In this document: positions 61,757 to 64,000 of the stretch, piece after piece
How the letters are laid out: each line of letters opens with the position of its first letter
Position numbering within the stretch: the stretch's first letter is position 1
NCBI RefSeq assembly: GCF_964204645.1
Contig: NC_134031.1
Location: forward strand, 7,626,001 to 7,690,000
DNA length: 64,000 nt
Direction: 5' to 3'
DNA from: Tubulanus polymorphus
Taxonomy: Eukaryota > Animalia > Nemertea
Translations under genes and position numbers: made by a program
Notes under the pieces: generated by a model
Told to the model about the DNA's origin: nothing
Databases searched by the model: none
Seen by the model: the letters and a program-made list of their open reading frames with translations, nothing else

Positions 61757-62614
61757 TTAGGCCAGCCGTAGGCTGAGCCTACTACTATACAAATGGAGCA
61801 AATTTAAATGACATGGTTTCCAGAGCAAAGGCTCTTTGTCTCTGAGCATATATTCATCCAAATCATTCATTAAAGCATTATCCATTCTCCAAACTCTACG
61901 TACCTGAATTTTGAAAGAGGGCCTCGTTAAAATTAATATGAGCTTTTTTGCGAATATCTGATCGCAAAAATATCTGTTTTAAAAAGCCAATCAGAAAGCA
62001 AAGACTCCTCTGTGATTGGCTTAGCCGCAGAGTTCAGCAGGTATTCAAGTGAACCCGCGGTATAATCTACCGTTTTACTTCCGGGTTTTGTTTTAAGATC
62101 TAAAATTGTATTTCAAGATCGATTTCTGTGAAAGCTTTAGTTGATTTGGTTTTTGGGAGGAATACTTTGATTAGCACTACAGAAAATATCATTGACCATT
62201 GTGCAAAGTCCTGGAAAAATAGCTTTTTCTCCAATCGGAAAAATAACCTTGATATGCTAATTAGCCATGTGCTCAAACTACAAATTCAATCAAATTTTAT
62301 TCAGCAAAAAATATCAAATCCAATTCAATTTTACTTTATTGAACAAATTAAAACATCACATCCAATTCAATTTTGTTTTATTGAGCATATTTCAGAAAAT
62401 TTGAAATATTTGAAAATATTTAATCTGAAGTATTTGTTCCTGCCAGATCCAGTCGCTGTCTGTACTACGATTGTATTATACGATTATATTGTGTAAATTA
62501 TTAGGTATTGAGCTGGAAGTGTATTTTGTTTAATTCAACCCACAGAATGCATCATCATTTGCCATTTTATGAAAAGCTGACAGGCTGGCCATAGTGCCCC
62601 TTGGGGCTCTTGTT
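61757..62614 (-). mobile_element. HINE-like family B, second copy (fragments also at ~56400-56720 and ~24710-24800)
   Basis: Reverse-complement match to 13166-14053 along its whole length. Confidence 0.8.
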
Positions 62615-62721
62615 ACATAGAATAGCTCGAATTTCATAGTATGTTTCTGCTGTTAAAATTAAGCTACAGTCGACAAAAGGTAGAATCTATTTTAGTAACT
62701 TAGCGCGCATCCGGTAGATCA

Positions 62722-63330
62722 GACCACAGCGTCATCCGCTCATGGACGGATGTGGAAACACGATTCGAGTCGCTTGAAAATGGCTTATCTTGCTACCGTT
62801 AGAATTATGTGTTTTTGTATCGACTGCACGATTCGACTTTAAACGCAACTCCTGAAAAAGAAATCGAAGCGATTGCAGACGATGTATAAGTCAACGTTCA
62901 ACGTTCTCATGCCATGCCACAGTCAAAGGAATACCTGCCGATTTTATTGTTGATCGTTTTCGATACTTTTCTGATAATAAAACTGCGAAAAATCCAGGCT
63001 AAACGGGACGAAGATTTCACCTTGCACGGCGGTAAGGATAAGAATCGATATATCGATATGAAAGCGACTAAAATGGCGTTATCGCTCGTAGTTTTCATGC
63101 TTTTTAAAAGGCCCAGCTCTATCTCGACGATATATAATGCCATGCGAACTTGGTTTGAGAATTGTCCCCCTTTACCGGCCGATTATTGGTATTTCGGCAT
63201 AATTGTCAGTGCAATTTTTCCGCTGTTGAATTCGTCGTCATCATATTTTTTCTTGTACCGCATTGTCAACGGTATGTTTAGGGAGGTGGCTCTGAAACTC
63301 ATACGAACCGTTGTTAACGAAATGCGATGA
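62722..63330 (+). pseudogene. Decayed class-A GPCR (FMRFamide/peptide-receptor-like), ECL2 to TM7 and helix 8
   Basis: YLPILLLIVFDTFLIIKLRK (TM5), KATKMALSLVVF..P (TM6), LLNSS..FFLY....FRE (TM7/H8). The upstream part has a TAG at 62800 and frameshifts near 62880-62930; no TM1-3 was found. Confidence 0.7.
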
Positions 63331-64000
63331 TCAAATAAATGTCGGACTCGCTTCTAGTTATCATCAGATAAGTCGTCAGATTTTTAAGTTGTTTCTATTT
63401 TCGAGTCCCGATTTACGTTTCCAACATAATTTGCATGCGTAATTTGTCATTTGGATTAGCCCTCAATGAAATGATTGTCCCACCGACGCATGACACGTTT
63501 CATGGCAAGTTTCACTGTATTTCAGTTGATTTCGTAAGCTAAGCAGACATCGGATTAGCAACTGATTAGATCAGTTGCTAGTGAGGCAAGTACATGTCGC
63601 ACACGTCGAAAATCAGGCCACATTGCCGTAGCGCGCCAGTATCGAGATTCACAGCGCGCCCATCCTTTTATACATCATTGCTACAGAACAATTCCTTAAG
63701 AATCAATTGTAATATATATTCGTCGATGCTCAGGCCTTTGTTCATTGCATATAGTTTTTCAAGAAAAAGAGCTCAGGGGAAAAAAATATGGAAATATTTT
63801 TCCATTAGAGGCATTTAAAGAAAACATTTTCATTATTCAAGTATTGTCCACACAAATTTTGGACTGCAGAAAACAATTAGGAAGGAGCGAAAATTATGAT
63901 GAATTGAATTTAAATGATAGGAGAAATAAAGAAAGCTAATTTCAAAGAATCACTTCATCAAAAATGGAAATAACTATAAAAAATAACTTTTTGGAAAAAT

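Overview
AT-rich eukaryotic genomic DNA, probably from a lophotrochozoan invertebrate (inferred from repeat style only). The main feature is a complete 20-exon XAB2/SYF1 splicing-factor gene on the minus strand (CDS 39246 to 12840, 2562 nt, 853 aa, all GT-AG introns, phases checked by hand). The rest is dense in repeats: at least four Helentron/HINE-like families, many MITEs (PIF/Harbinger-, hAT- and piggyBac-like), decayed CR1-type LINE fragments, a tRNA-derived SINE and a 117-bp tandem array. A decayed class-A GPCR sits near the right end. Three observations stand out. (1) A 238-nt insertion with a 12-bp TSD carries two back-to-back minimal hammerhead ribozyme motifs. (2) A two-exon gene for a 63-aa secreted Cys-containing peptide is absent from the ORF track. 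(3) The ~152-bp internal repeats of one Helentron-like family each carry a CTCF-consensus motif. All alignments were done by eye and no searches were run.
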